A DNA stretch of 62,809 nt, filler included, from Folioceros fuciformis (taxonomy: Eukaryota): NCBI GenBank assembly GCA_049999805.1. It is 10 parts of 10 records of this genome, joined end to end, with 100 filler letters (N's around TTAATTAATTAA, not from the genome) between each part and the next. Parts side by side here need not be neighbours in the genome. Positions count along the whole stretch, not along the records: positions 11,059 to 17,964 come from JBNGIO010005235.1; positions 18,065 to 24,267 come from JBNGIO010005236.1; positions 24,368 to 37,364 come from JBNGIO010005237.1; 7 more parts are not named here. One strand, written 5' to 3'. Position numbers and translations under genes: made by a program. This document shows, piece after piece, positions 13,732 to 27,407 of this stretch. The notes under the pieces are model-generated. The model had not been told where the DNA came from. It was given only the letters and a program-made list of their open reading frames with translations, and searched no databases. Position 1 is the first letter of the stretch; each line of letters starts with the position of its first letter.

Positions 13732-14059
13732 AACATGGTATGCATCTCACAGTCGGATTACACCATATCGGGCTTCAGATGAAGTTCTTGTGTAATTTTT
13801 GGAGCACATATCCATGATTTTATCATTTTTTTGTGTAACATGCGGAAATGAACTCTAAAAAGTTGATAATAAACTTCCATTTCATTCTGATGGTAATCAC
13901 AAACAACAAAATTGTGAGTGTGTTATAGCAAAAGTAATTGAAACTATCTAGTTACATGGTGGGAATGATGTTCCTAGCCACATAACACATTCCTTGATAA
14001 ATTGCCAATCTGCATTAGAGGTACATTATCAACGTTCCATGGTTCTTAATTCTTAACAT

Positions 14060-14640
14060 TTTCTTGAAGAGTGTGCCGGTAGACTCCACACAAACATCAG
14101 AGTGCGCCGATAAATCGACATACTCTCCCTTCGGCCCATGCATTTTTTTAGCATCTATATAGTTTAACAATAACTATGCATAGTAGAGATAAGAGAAATG
14201 GTGGAGTGGTTGGCACGTCATATCATTTGCGATATAGGAGGTTTTGAGCTCAAACTTGCTTTTTAAACGCAAACTTGAGAACTTTTTTTTTAATCTAGAA
14301 AACTCAATTTATAAAAACATCCTTGAAAACTTTAATTTTAATCAAGAAAACTTTCTTAAGATATTCACTTAGCTGCAAGAGTGCACGGTTTTGATGCTTT
14401 CTAAAATCAAACTTAAGAACTTTGTTTTCAATCTAGAAAACTTGGTTTATGAAAACATACTTGAAAACTTTATTTTCAATCAAGAAAAATTCCTTAAGAT
14501 ACTCATTTAATTGACTTCCTTAATATACTCATTTAACTGCAAGAGTATGTTGGTAGACCAGTGCATGCCGACTCTTGGAGTGCACCAGTAAACCAAGGCA
14601 CGCAAACTATCGGAGTGCACCAGTAGACCGGCGTACCTTG
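14060..14640. repeat. Compound repeats: about 139-bp tandem duplication plus short gagtgc..cc.gtagac motifs
   Basis: The aaactt.agaac..aatctagaaaact block occurs at about 14271 and 14410. The gagtgcaccagtagacc-like motif recurs between 14069 and 14630. Confidence 0.6.
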
Positions 14641-16140
14641 CTTGCTAGAGTATCTTGCTGTTGTCTTTTCTATATCCAGCGTTTTATTTCCTTATAACAT
14701 TGAGGTAACGAACACTTACATAGTTAGCTACGAAAACTTTTTTTTTTTTTTTTGCGAAGGTTAGCTACGAAAACTTAGGGACAATTCAAACTTGTCCCAA
14801 GAAAATGATACAGAAGACCAGAGATTGAAGGATGTGGATGTAGTTGTAGATTCGAAGGAAAACCTTGAAGAACTTGTGTTTGTGTGGAAGGGCACTATGG
14901 TATGAGTGAACTTGTATCATGGTTTTCAAAAAGGATGTCCATTTGTGGCTAAATGTCAAACACATTAAGTGTATTTCAAAACATCATTGAATCAATAAAT
15001 CACTATATGTTTTACCGTTATTGTTCAGTAAATTATCATCTACCGACGCATATTCAAAGGAAAACAAGAAAATCAATATTTGAATATGTAGGTGGTAGTA
15101 GCCACAGTAAAGTTCCTATTATTTAATTTAAAAAACAAAGGACATGATTAAAAATATATATGTCAAGCTAGCCTAGTTTTTGGGAAACATCATTAAAAAT
15201 GGATAACTGATTGGGATATCATTGTTTGTGAAATGTGTTGTAAGCGTGAAGTGTACTACTGGTACTTCGGGGTAAAAACGAAGGAGAAGAAAAGAGGGAG
15301 CAGGATGGGGGTAGAAACAAAGGAGAAGAAAAAGGGGGAAGAGGAAGAGACAAAAGGAGCTGAAGAACTATCCAAGTACCAACTACTACGTGGGGTTATC
15401 TGTTCCACAATCGCGGCCACACAATCCATGGCCATTGTAGTAACATTCCCGGAGACTGTGCCCATGAGTCCGATGTCATGCTATAAGCAGCTATCTACTC
15501 ACCTACTCGACCACTCAACTCATAGTTCTATCTGCAGGTCACTCCCAATACACTAGTTTATTATATGAGGTGGTTAAAGTCCCACCAAATGTTGAAGGAG
15601 TGATAACTTCGTTCACTACACGATTCCTTAGCTACGACGTTGTCATGTATGATTGACGGACTAGTTCTTTTCTCCAACCAGCAATGTTGAGTCCTCCCAT
15701 GTTCGTTAGCAGGTACCTCCAGGGACTTCTTCCCGAGGCTTTACCCATTCGGTTAATGGAGACCACACCCACGACTGACCTTAGGGAGGGGAAAGAACTT
15801 GCACGGCTTCAAGCCGACTACTGGAAGCCCCACCACAATCGCCTCCTTTCCTCCTCCACTGAGGTGGTGGCACATGCCAACCAACGGGGGTTCTCCACTC
15901 TGTGAGCGAGAAGACTCCTTCGTGGCCAAGAGCCAAGGGAAGTGGCATTGTCTACCTACAGCTAGGGGCATTTTATGGACAAAGGCCTCCGCTTGGTGTC
16001 CTTCCACCTACCTTTACAACTACCTACTGACACATCTAAACCGTCGTGCAAGACCTTATGAGCTTGCTAAAATCACACCCAGTTCACTAACTTCCTTTAG
16101 AATCTCAACGAGCGCCAAGACTTTAATGAGGGGAGGATTT

Positions 16141-17964
16141 TGTTGAAATAGCACCACAGGCCAAGAAGGACTCCACAGTTCCTTACTTATGGTGCCATGA
16201 TGCTACATATATAGCCTTCAGGCGGGGCAACCCTCGATAAGGTAAGCCTTAGTCTCGAGGGTGCAATATCCTAGTATATCCTTATAACACTTAGGTGATA
16301 GATAACTACGAGTTCAATATGGGATAATCTACACTATCCTAAGTGTTGTATGCTCTTAATAACAATTCAGTTAAAGCTTGATTTCTAACACTCCCCCTCA
16401 AGCTCAAACTATTTGTAACACTCCAAGTAGTTCACGAAAGTGTAAGAACTTATCTCTACCTAGCGACTTAGTAAAGATATCTGCTACCTGGTCTTTGGTC
16501 TTCACGTGCCGAAGATCTATCTTCTCAGATAATACCGCTTCCCTGATGAAGTGATAATGCACTTCTATGTGCTTCGAACGAGCATGAAACACAGGATTAG
16601 TAGCCAACCTCATGCTACTCATGTTGTCACAGTAGATTGTAACCTTGCTGTTCACTATATTTCCAAGATCATGTAGCAACTTCTGCAACCAAGCTGCTTC
16701 ACAGGCTGCCATTGCAGCTCCTCGATACTCTGCTTCTGTGCTTGACAAAGCAACTGTCGGTTGTTTCTTGCTTTGCCAGCTGATCATACTACTTCCTAGA
16801 CTGAATGCATATCCACTGGTTGATCTTCTGTCATACGCACGACCAGCCCAATCAGCATTTGTATATCCTGTCAATTCAAGATGCTTCATACGCTCATAGA
16901 GCAATCCAAACTCAGTAGTTCCTTTCACATATCTCATGATTCTTCTAACTGCATCCAAGTGCGGTTTCCTTGGGTTCTGCATGAATTGACTAATCAGTCC
17001 TACTACATAACTTAAGTCAGGACGTGTGATAGTCAAATAGATCAAACTTCCGACCATCTGTCGATATATAGTCACATTTTCCAGCTCAACTCCTACATCC
17101 ATTTGCAGCTTGACGTTCTACTCCAATGGTGTATCCATCGCTTTGCAATCTACCATGCCATACTTCTGCAACATATCCTTAGCATATTGTTTTTGGAATA
17201 GCCAGATTCCTTGAGGTGTAGACACAACCTCAATTCCTGAGAAGTATCTGAGTTCACCAAGATCCTTCACCTTGAACTCTTTTTGCAGATTCGCCTTGAC
17301 ATCTGCAATACCATTTGCATCATCTCCTGTGATGATCAGGTCGTCAACATAAACGACAAGACACACTTGTCCTACCTTGGTCTGTTTTACAAACAGACTG
17401 TGATCTGCGTCTCCAATCACAAACCCTCGCTCCTTCAAATAGCTTGTGATACGAGCATTCCATGCTCTAGGTGCCTGTTTGAGTCCATACAATGCCTTCT
17501 TCAGTTTGCAGACGTATGTTGGAAACTTAGGATGAACATAGCCTTCAGGCTGTTCCACGTACACTTCCTCTTGCAACTCACCATTCAAGAAGGCATTCTT
17601 GACATCCGTTTGCCATAACTTCCATCCTTTAGCTGCTGCTAATGCTATGACTGTCCTTACAGTTGTCATCTTGGCTACTGGACTAAAGGTTTCCTCATAA
17701 TCAAGACCATACTGTTGTGCATATCCCTTTGCAACCAACCTGGCCTTGTAATGCTCCAGCGTTCCATCTGACTTGAACTTTAGCTTGTACACCCACTTAG
17801 AACCGATAGGAACCTTGCCATCAGGCAATTGAACCAAATCCCACGTTCCGTTCTCAACTAATGCTGAGTATTCTTCATCCATGGCTTGACACCACTTATC
17901 ATCTGTCACTGCCTCAACAAACTTGGTTGGCTCCTTACAAGCTGTGACCCTTGTCATATACGCA
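16141..17964 (-). mobile_element. Ty1/Copia element, 3' part (RT, RNase H, PPT, 3' LTR)
   Basis: LTR 16141-16390 (TGTTGAAAT..ATTTCTAACA) and PPT at 16391-16400 (tgagggggag on the minus strand). The 5' part is lost in the gap. Confidence 0.93.
16404..17957 (-). pseudogene. pol: Copia RT-RNase H, nearly intact (one internal stop at 17118)
   Basis: YKARLVAKGYAQQYGLDYEETFSPV, LYGLKQAPRAW, YVDD, TRPDL, SWQSKKQPTVALSSTEAEY, CDN, ADIFTK. Confidence 0.97.
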
Positions 17965-18064
17965 NNNNNNNNNNNNNNNNNNNNNNNNNNNNNNNNNNNN
18001 NNNNNNNNTTAATTAATTAANNNNNNNNNNNNNNNNNNNNNNNNNNNNNNNNNNNNNNNNNNNN

Positions 18065-18327
18065 AGGTTTGGCGGATACTAGGTAGGAAAGTGTGGCGAG
18101 ACAACATCAACTACTTCAATGGGTTGACTTATGCATGTATGTTACTACACAACATTCGAATAGGTTGTGGTGATGAGATAGATCCAAGACTGTTGGCAGG
18201 CAAGGAGGACGATGAAGAAGATGGCATGCATCGAAACTTCATAGCAACTAGCTCCAGTAGTGCCGAAGGTCATAGATTAAGAGACATCTTGATGCACATG
18301 TTATGGAGCAATCAGATGAACTCATGA
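18065..18327 (+). pseudogene. PIF/Harbinger transposase C-terminus (element 1)
   Basis: WRIL..ACMLLHNI followed by an acidic tail and GHRLRDILMHML, typical of the DDE_Tnp_4 C-terminus. It is convergent with a Myb-like gene. Confidence 0.8.
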
Positions 18328-18464
18328 ACTAGAAACCATATGCTCAACCCTTTGTTCTTGAGAAATATATGTTGTGTAAGTTCTACCTACCCTTTCTTGC
18401 TATGGGCTGCCTTTATGATAGATGAACTAAGACTTTGGATCCCAAGAGATATATCGGTCATTGC

Positions 18465-19770
18465 CTAGACCACTCCACGCCCAAATTCAGAGTTAGCTTG
18501 CAATCTTTTCTCCTCGATACACTCATGCACCTCCAGTTCCCTTTGCTCCATTGCTGTAATGGATGCTATCTTGTCACGCTCTAAGTCTACGAGTTCCTTA
18601 TGCCATTGTTTCCGATGCTCCTTAGCTTCTCTCATGGCTTCGAGTTTTGCGGCATGATTCTCCTTCATCATGGGCACCAATCTAGTGATGGTGGAGTCCT
18701 TCGATGTTTTCCTCTTTTAACCTTTCCAGGTTGAGGCATGTTCTTACTCCCCGTTGTCTCCAAATAGTTATGCTTGCACTTGGGGGTCCAGCTTAAGGCA
18801 ACACTCAGAATCCACTTGTCTAATATTATCCAAGCTCCCATTACCATTTTTTAGTTTAGTGCTATCAAAAGTGCCATTGGCATTGACTGCCTTGTTGCAA
18901 TAGAACACATACATGGCTTCATACACAGTCTGGAGGAAGGCTTTGGGCAGCTTTTGATCAATTCTCTCAACCTTCTCCATATTCCAATAATTGCTCCGTC
19001 TTGAATTGTGACCAAGTTGCTCCCAATCTTGTACTTTATTGAAGTCCATCATGAGAGCTTCCCAGCGATGACGACATTGCTTCTCCGTCCTGTAAACCTT
19101 ATGGCTTGCACATGAAGTTGAAATTACAGCCCATCTTGTGTTGGCAGGTGTCATCTTTTCTTTTATACCGCCGTCCCTGTGCTTCATAACATCCTCCTTC
19201 CGTACAGAAACCAATATGAGCACTTCAGATTCGTTGCACTTTTTCCCTGTGTTATCTTCGTCAATGAGTGATGAATCACCTTGGATTTGAAGCTTGAACC
19301 CTAGACCTTTTCTTGCCCTCGGCACGGTTGGGATTCACAGACGAGTTCTGAGAACCTTGGCTTTCCAGCTCAGTTTGAAATTGTGGCGTCCAAGCTACGG
19401 AATAGCCAGGACCTTGTAAGTGGTTTGCTACATTATCCTCAGTGTGGGTTTGGAGGAGCAAAGGACCTCCTCCCTCACTCATGCTCAAACTTGGAGCTAC
19501 ACCAAACGACAAATGCTGAGATTGATACACATTTTTGTTAGCAATGTCTTCACAATTTGTAGCATGCTTCACACTTGATACCTACCAGGTACGCTTGGCA
19601 CATTAAATCCAGCTAGAGGTCTTGCTGAAGTCGATATCAGAGCAAAAGAGTCCATCTATACAATGCAGGCGCGCCTTGTCCTCAACGCTAGAATGATTCA
19701 TGTAAAGAGGGCAACTTGCAGTGGTCATGGAAATGGCAAAAAATGGGTGATTCTTGGTCCCGTATGACAT
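18465..19770 (-). pseudogene. Harbinger-associated Myb/SANT (trihelix-like) DNA-binding protein, degenerate
   Basis: RWAVISTSC..RTEKQCRHRWEALMMDFNKVQDWE..NYWNMEKVERIDQKLPKAF..VYEAM, with a C-terminal coiled coil at 18465-18680. Confidence 0.8.
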
Positions 19771-21204
19771 CTAACCCGGATTGTATATAACGCCGTTCCG
19801 TTATTTCAAACGGCGCCAATTGGCATGGTGGGTACTCCGGGTCGGAGAAATCCAAGTGTGCCTAAAAATAAACCCGGCCAAAACCTCGGACCCGGAGTGC
19901 TCAACCTGGCCGTAAACTATTAATGCTCATTGTCTTTTGTACAACGTGGCTGGAAATCCTCCGGGTACGAGTTACATGGGAACCTAACATAAGTGCATTT
20001 GTGGGCTATGGAGTTCGACTGGGCTTTTACTCTTTAGACTTTTGGTCGATCGTAAACTCAAGGATGATCTTTACTTTCTTTAGTCTTTCCCATCACCATA
20101 ACGGGTTGTGAAACCACATATGATCTTAAGGCACAGTCTTGGCTTCCATCAATTATGACCTCCACAGTCATGGCTTCCACTCACTACAAGTGATCAACTA
20201 ATATCTCCACAGCTTTCACTCAATACAGGTGATAAGTATGATCTCCATGGCTTTTACTCGCTACATTGCTTTTTGGAATTCTGTCTCACAATTAAGCATG
20301 CTCGGCTCCACGACCTGCAGCCTGCTGAGCAAGAGCTCTCGGCTTCTTTTGCGGCGGACACTTCTAAGGCTTACTTTAGAACTGGCCAGCAATCCTCCTA
20401 AGCAAGTATTTGTCCTAAAACGCCTTTTGTCCTCTTGGTTGAGTTGTCGGCCCCAATTTACCTCTTGCTTAGAGCACTTCCCTCTCTGAATGCTACTATC
20501 CAATTCAAGTCCTCTTTATAGAACAAACCTAAGGCAAGATGTTGCAAGTTTTTAAACCCCAAGATATGTTCACGGGTGCACATTGGTGAGAAGCCCGTTT
20601 GAAGTAGATGTGAAGAATAGACACTAGCATTGGACAAGAATCGTCAGTAGGAAACATTGCAAAGTGTATTAGACCTATTGCTCCATGAAATTGAGAAGTG
20701 GACTTCCTAAAGCTGTGCACTCATTGTAGAAACTGTGCACTTGAGATCGGGGTTGCTGAAAACCCTTGAATTGGAGATTGGAGTTGCTGAAGACCCTTGA
20801 ACTGGTGATTGGGGTTACTGAAGACCCTTGAGAACCATAACCCTCATAACAAAGACCTACTGCAGAATGCGCTAAGCCTTGGTATGGAACGAAAGATACA
20901 CTTGCGTTTACCATCAACCAAAAGCCTAAAGAGTAAAAGCCCATTCAAACTCTATAGCCCGCGAAGCAGTTCGCCGCTCAAGTGCAGCTTGGAGAATACG
21001 AAAGTATCCAAACCAAAGTACATACAGATCTGTATATCACAAACGTATTTCACATGAATGTAGGGGACGAGTTTGGTACCAACCGGGCCAACAAATGGTG
21101 ATGGATTGAAAACTAACCAGTGGAGTGGAGCCAATTGCCGGGCACGTAACGACGAATCCCGCATGCCTCACGAGACGAGAGGAGGGTAATAAGCTTCGGG
21201 TGAG

Positions 21205-21369
21205 GTTTAGGCGCTGGCGCCTAGACCGACTTTGTGGAATGCGTGGAAATGCAATGTTTGTCACTCATGATGCTATCTCGCATAAGGGTTTAGGCGCTAG
21301 TGCCTAGACCGACTTTGCAAAATGCGTGAAAATGCAATGTTTGTCACTCATGATGCTATCTCGCATAAG
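21205..21369. repeat. Tandem duplication, about 83-bp unit
   Basis: gtttaggcgct..gcctagaccgactttg..gatgctatctcgcataag occurs twice. Confidence 0.85.
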
Positions 21370-21669
21370 TTGTCAACGTTAGGCCCGTTTCACAAGCCTA
21401 GTACATTTTTAGCACATGTCAGTGACATGTGGCACATGTCAGCGCCACGGTGGGCAATGTATACCACCCCTGGCATGGCCACAGTGGGGTTTTCCTCATT
21501 TCACGAGACTGCTATATTTTTTCACATGTAGTCCCACACTCTTTCACATGGACCCACCATTTTACCCATAAAGGTGTATATAAGGCTCTAGCTTTGCTTC
21601 TTTTTGTCATAGGTGTGCAGCTTGGAGGTTGGAGCTTGGATTTTGAGTAGAGGGCTTCACTTAGGGTTT

Positions 21670-22821
21670 ATGATGGATCCCCATGAACAGAACTTGTGGT
21701 GTGTTTTTCTGATGGGCATCATGTTGTATATGGCGTTAGAAGCTACTTCACATTCTTTGCTTTTGAATTTACAAGCTAGTATTTCTAGTACCGTTCATAT
21801 GTTGCAATACAATGAGACAAGCACTAGCAGGGGTTCACATGCACATAGGCGTAGCTGGCATCATTGGGTCATTCAATGTTCTCAAACGTTCTTCCACAGC
21901 AGCCTTATGGGGACATACATTGCAGAGTTGCTCTAGAACATTATGTGTGTAAGTAGACCTACCTTTGACTTCATTTGTATGAAGTTGGCACCTCTACTTC
22001 AAAAACAAAATAGAACTACTAGAGATGCGGTCCCAGTGGATACTCGAGTATCCATTAGTTAAATGCGCTTGGCTGGTGGGAATAGGTTGTCCACTATTGC
22101 TGACCTGTATGAGTATGGTATATCTATTGTTCAAGATATCGTATTACAATTTTGCAATGCTTTTAGGGCTATCTTGCATGATATGTATATCCAATGGCCA
22201 TCAAGAAGTAAGATGGAGATGTATGCAACTGAGTTTGAGGCAATGAGAGGAATTCCTTATGTTATACGAGCAGTGGATGGTAGCCATATTCCCATCATAG
22301 CACCAAAAGAGTAACATGCTGACTATTATTGTAGGAAGGGGTTTCATAGTTGCTTGCTTCAATTAGTAGTTAATGCAAAAGGAATGGTTTGGGATTACGA
22401 TTTCAGTTGGGCAGATAGCATGAATGATTGGAACTTGTGAGAGCGATTGGAAATTGGAAGGAGATGTGCAGCAGGTATGCTAGATGAGTTTGCCTTAATG
22501 GGAGATGTAGGTTATTGGCCTCAAGTACATCTATTAACTCCTTTCCATGGGCATAAAGATGGATTTACATCGAAGGAAGCCTATTGGAATTTTATTCAAT
22601 CTAGTACTCGAATGATGGTGGAAAGGACATACGGCATGCTGAAAAGTAGGTTTCGTATTTTGCTAAAAAGAAATGATATGAAGTTGAAAAATGTGCCTTT
22701 TATTATTAGTGCATGCCTAGTATTGCATAACATATGTGTGGAGCATAATGATAGCTTTCAGGATGAATGGTTCAATCAAGCTACTCTTGAACTTCAAAGA
22801 TACGCTTCTAGCAATCATTAG
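21670..22821 (+). pseudogene. Harbinger DDE transposase (HARBI1-like)
   Basis: LAGGNRLSTIADLY; GIPYVIRAVDGSHIPI; YYCRKGFHS; LMGDVGY; NFIQSSTRMMVERTYGMLKSRFRIL; ACLVLHNIC. Several stops. Confidence 0.93.
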
Positions 22822-23199
22822 TGGTGGACTCCACTGCAACAAGAAGTTCAAGGGCAGCTGTAGAGACTTTGTGTGAAATCAACAATGCATATAATAAGCA
22901 TGAGCAAAGACGAAATATGGTGAATGTGGAAGACCATGCCGATGGTGGAGACCAAAACCCATATGCAAGGGCTAGTTATAGTCAAGGTGTGGCATACCTT
23001 GACTATAACCAAAAGCCAAAAGCTTGTATGAATTCCGCTTGAAAAGACAGGCAAACGAGGTTTTGGGTCCACAGTTTGAGATAGAGAACGAAGGTGAACA
23101 ATAAAAAGTAAAACACTTAAATTTCCAAAACTAGTCCTTAGCTCAAAGTTTGAAACCAAAGGTAAACAATAGAAATTAGAAATGCAAATTCTACCAAAA

Positions 23200-24050
23200 C
23201 TAGCTCATGTGTTCTGTTTGTGCATCAAGTATGTTGCCAAGTGTGTCGTTCATGGATTGGAGTGAAGTCAACTCATGAGCTTCAACTGCCTTGTACTCTT
23301 GTAATAAACATTTGGTGTGCTTGGCCATCTGTTCCATAGTTGCCAGTCTTGGGTCTCCCTTTCTTGCCTTGTTCTCTTTTTGGCCACCTATTAACGGGGC
23401 TTGACCATCTGACTCCTGGTGTATAGGCTCACCATCTAGTGGTGGCTCAAGTTTACTCTCCAAACCATCTGTGACATCCCAAAAAGTAGAGCCCATGGTA
23501 GAGTCCATAAAGCCCCCCCCCTCGGGCATAGCAAATGCTCTAGGAAGGGAGCTGGCATGTGCATGGCAATTGACCACATGACGTTTACCATGGTATTCAT
23601 TCATGAGATAAAAAAACTTACATTTATCAGACCTTCCATGCCTACTTGTCTCGTTCTCGGCNNNNNNNNNNNNNNNNNNNNNNNNNNNNNNNNNNNNNNN
23701 NNNNNNNNNNNNNNNNNNNNNNNNNNNNNNNNNNNNNNNNNNNNNNNNNNNNNNNNNNNNNAAAAAACTTACATTTATCAGACCTTCCATGCCCACTTGT
23801 CTCGTTCTTTGCTTTGTCCTTCCTGTAATCCTTCATAAGGCTTTTGTGCTTTTGACGACATGCCTCAGAATCCTTGTCGAAATCTGGGCAGACCGCACAC
23901 AATCTCGTGTAGAGCTTGTTCCACACGTCGATACCTTGTTTGGGTGCTTTGTTAAAATCCTCCTCCATAGAACCCCTAAGGTGGATCAAGTGGATGGTAT
24001 GGTGTTCAATTCATAATGGACCCCTTCCACCACTTGTCCTTCAAACCTAA
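23200..24050 (-). pseudogene. Harbinger Myb/SANT-like DNA-binding protein
   Basis: WNKLYTRLCAVCPDFDKDSEACRQKHKSLMKDYRKDKAKNETSGHGRSDKCKFFYLMNEYHG plus a C-terminal coiled coil. Confidence 0.85.
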
Positions 24051-24367
24051 TCCTCCGCTTCAAGTTTCAAGTGTTTTTTGCTTATCCCCCTACGCTTCTT
24101 TGACCCTGTGCCAGTGTCCTGTGAAATTGGAACCTCATGACTAGTTTCTAGGTCAATGGCATTGCCTGGTGTAGGCCGTTTGAAACCAGAGCCTAGCATG
24201 ACACTTCCAAGTAGAGGCATTGAGAATGCTTGCTGCTCATGAGGGGAGCATCCTTGTAATATTTGTTNNNNNNNNNNNNNNNNNNNNNNNNNNNNNNNNN
24301 NNNNNNNNNNNTTAATTAATTAANNNNNNNNNNNNNNNNNNNNNNNNNNNNNNNNNNNNNNNNNNNN

Positions 24368-25298
24368 TCTACAACCTCAAGCCGGAGCAGAATCCTGTCT
24401 GTAGCAAATGGATCTGACGTAAGGTTAGGTTGCTCTTCAGCAAATCTTTGCCCTCCTCTTGCAGATGCAAGTAGCTCCTCGTCTTCACCAATTCGTTGCT
24501 TCAAACGGTCTAGCAAGCGTTGGCGATGTGCTGCCACACGGCCTTCAAAACTATTTGGGGAAGCTGATGCTGCTGCAGCACGAATGCTGTGATTTCTCCT
24601 AGCACGCATTCCATCTCTATCAGCAATCCAGCCATCTGTTATCAGCTCATTGTGGCGCCTTTGGATGTACTCCTCCCTGGCTAGAGCTCTAGAAGAATTG
24701 TTAATAGGTGGACGTCCCCAACGTCGTCCATTTCTCCTAGGCATTTTTCCAGGCTAGGATGCTAGTATTCATCTAGCAATATTCTTATTGTTTACTACAC
24801 ATGTGTGCAGGCAGGCGAACCCGCGTTATCATCAGACACATGCATCTATCTAATGATAAATGTAGATGTTCGATGATAACCCTGTTTCGCTTGCCATGCT
24901 CTACATGAATTTAGCTACGTGCCTAGGTAAAGTAAACAAAGTGCAACGGAAAGATCAGAGACACAGCTCTGATACCATGACACGAATTAGAGAACACACA
25001 CAAACATGTACTCAACAGAATGATTGATTAAATTAATGAACAAAATTGTGTCTTATATACTGTGTTAAATATAAACCCTAATTGTTAACTATGTGAAGTT
25101 AACTAACCAAGAGTAACAAACTCTAACATACTGTACAATTGTACAAAGGCCAACCACCCTGAAGGTAAATAAAACATGTCCAACCTGTGCGCTCCCAAGT
25201 TTTGTTGTTGTTGGTTTGACCAATTGAACATCAGAGACTGTGGTTGGTGATGCGCCGGGAGGGCTACCCAAGGATCCTGCATCACCAAGACCGTGTCT
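24368..25298 (-). mobile_element. LTR retrotransposon 5' end (LTR, tRNA-Met PBS, leader ORF) inserted in a LINE
   Basis: LTR about 24978-25298 (TGACACG..CGTGTC); PBS TGGTATCAGAGC at 24966-24977; ORF starting MPRRNGRRWGR at 24744. Confidence 0.8.
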
Positions 25299-27407
25299 CT
25301 CAGCTCCTACCAAGACAAAGGCACCGCCCACATATCAACTAGGCTGTCCCCCCGAATATCCTCACGGAGTTCAACAAAGTTGAAGTCGCTAGCCAACAAC
25401 CACGGAATCTGCTCATCAAGCTGATCTCCCAGCCTACACCAAAGGATACTCCTGTCACTGGCATTTTTAGGCGTGTAAATATTACAGATTCCAACCGGAC
25501 CTTGAGGAGTTTGCAGCACCAGCCACACAAACCTCCCATCCTCATCTTGCCTCGATTCCAAGATATTATGAGTTTGATTTAGGTGAACTATAATGGACAC
25601 TCCTCTGTGGGTCGCTAACACTCTTTGAGAAGAGACGTGTCCACCTCTTGTATCCTCTAGTCTAGCTTCTCCCTATTCTATTCTAAAAGAAAGATTTTCT
25701 TCACTTTCTGGATGTGTTCCAGAGATAGTTTATGCTCTTGCAAGCACACCACATCCCATGTGACTTTCTCTTCTAGCAGAGTCTTTAGTCTTCTGCACTT
25801 CGACCATGGCCCCAAACCCCTAACGTTCCAGGAAATGATCTGCAGGGGAGACCCCCTCTCGTAATTCTTGAGAGTGTCGATACCCATTTAGCAGGACTTG
25901 CTTGAGAGATTCCAGACAGTAGAAGGCGTGGGCATCCTAGCCCCAGACACTGACTTGGGCTGCGCCATATGGTCCTTAGCTTTGAGCTCAAGGAACAATC
26001 TTTGAAGCCTTTCCGACTTGTGCACAACAGGAACAGTCCTCTTGTCTTGGCCATCTAAGGGCCTCTCAACACCCCCCATTGCCATGTCTAGACTCCATAC
26101 CCTGTCTTTTGCCCAAGGCGCATCCAAGGACCACCTCCACTATGGGATAAGTGGCATATTGGGACCATAAACTTGTTTTAGACGGATGTCAGCAAAGAGT
26201 TTACCATCCTTTTGGTAGATACCATTGAAGAATTCCACCTCCTTTCCCTCCTTGCCTACAGAAACCCCTCCGGCAGACAAGAAATCAAAGATCCGTTCCT
26301 GCCCTGCATTCAATTGATGTCTTGTGATGGTAAGGGGTAGCTACTCCCCCCCACCTCCTATCATAACCAGAAAAGAATAAAAATCATGAACCTTTCTCAT
26401 AACCGTTAGGTTGATCGCAAACTGTTTGCCTTTCCTCCTTGTTGCACCTTCCGCCTTCCTGAGCTCTTGGCCACTCAGCAAGCCGGAATCCTCCTACCCT
26501 GGAGGAGGAGAGGTGCTTCCTTCATCTCCGGAGAAAACTACTTGCACTTCATGCGAGACAGTATCAATATCCTCATCGTCCTCAGCACAAGGGGTGGAGA
26601 AAAGGTCCTCCTCGAAAGCGTACACCGCGTTATCCCTCATGGTGGGGCTAGCACAGTTAGAGGGGTTGGCACAATCCACCATGGTTTTTCCGGGACATGC
26701 AGAACCACTACCATCCAATCCAGACCCCAGTCTTGCACCATATTTGTGGTGACCGTAGACTGCCAACGGATCGTTCCCCACACCAGCAAACGTCTTCCCA
26801 AGAGACCTATTGCCTCCCCTTGTCCCTTCCAGCACCTTAATGTTTTTCCCTTTCGGGAAGGTGATATGCAATGCCATGCCTTGAACAACTTTGTTCAACA
26901 CCTTCCTTGCCTTTGCAACAGCAATCTAATCTTGCCGTTTATGTCATGATACCATATCTTCCAAGACACGAGTCCTCTTCCCTACTGCCACCTCCAAGCT
27001 CCTCTGCTCTCCTGTGGTCAAGACAGAAGTTGACGCCGTTTTCTAGGTAGTGGGGTTGTAAGTCGATGTTGCGTCTAGCTCTACGGTTCAAGCATGGCCG
27101 GGGTCCCCCCCAAGCCCGGGAGGTTGATGTCCCGGAGTTGATAAGCTGTGAAGTGTTAGGTCCCCCCACGCTAAGACGAGAGATTGAAGCCCAAAAAGCC
27201 CCTTGGAAGACACTCTTCCCACTTCCTCCCCGACAGCTTGACGAGGAGCGCCAGATCATGTCCCCTGGTTTGAGCCCACAAGAGCCAAACCCTCACAAAA
27301 CATCTGAGGGGGCAATACCGTCAGCTCATCAAGAACTGCGCTGGAACCTGGGGTATTCCCCGAGAGCATGATTAGCATTCCCTCAAAACCAGTAGCCAGG
27401 GGCGTCG
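25299..27407 (-). mobile_element. L1-type LINE fragment (ORF1 remnant and AP-endonuclease start of ORF2)
   Basis: LQIISWNVRGLG..VVCLQEHK; GVSI; DGRFVW; ICNIYTP; WLLASDFN. It is cut by LTR insertions on both sides. Confidence 0.85.

Larger units (their letters stand above)
21382..24267 (+). mobile_element. PIF/Harbinger DNA transposon (element 2)
   Basis: The left end is TTA|GGCCCGTTTCACAAG (TTA-type TSD and a G-initiated TIR). Transposase on plus and Myb/SANT gene on minus are convergent. The right end is in the gap. Confidence 0.85.

Noticed and set aside
15590-16140. Possible Gypsy chromodomain/PPT relic
   Set aside because: It is too degenerate; only a purine tract and a weak W..ASAW.P pattern are visible.
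23612-23806. Apparent duplication within the Myb gene
   Set aside because: The near-identical copies flank an N gap, so this is probably an unmerged contig overlap; the same applies at about 33335 and 61770.
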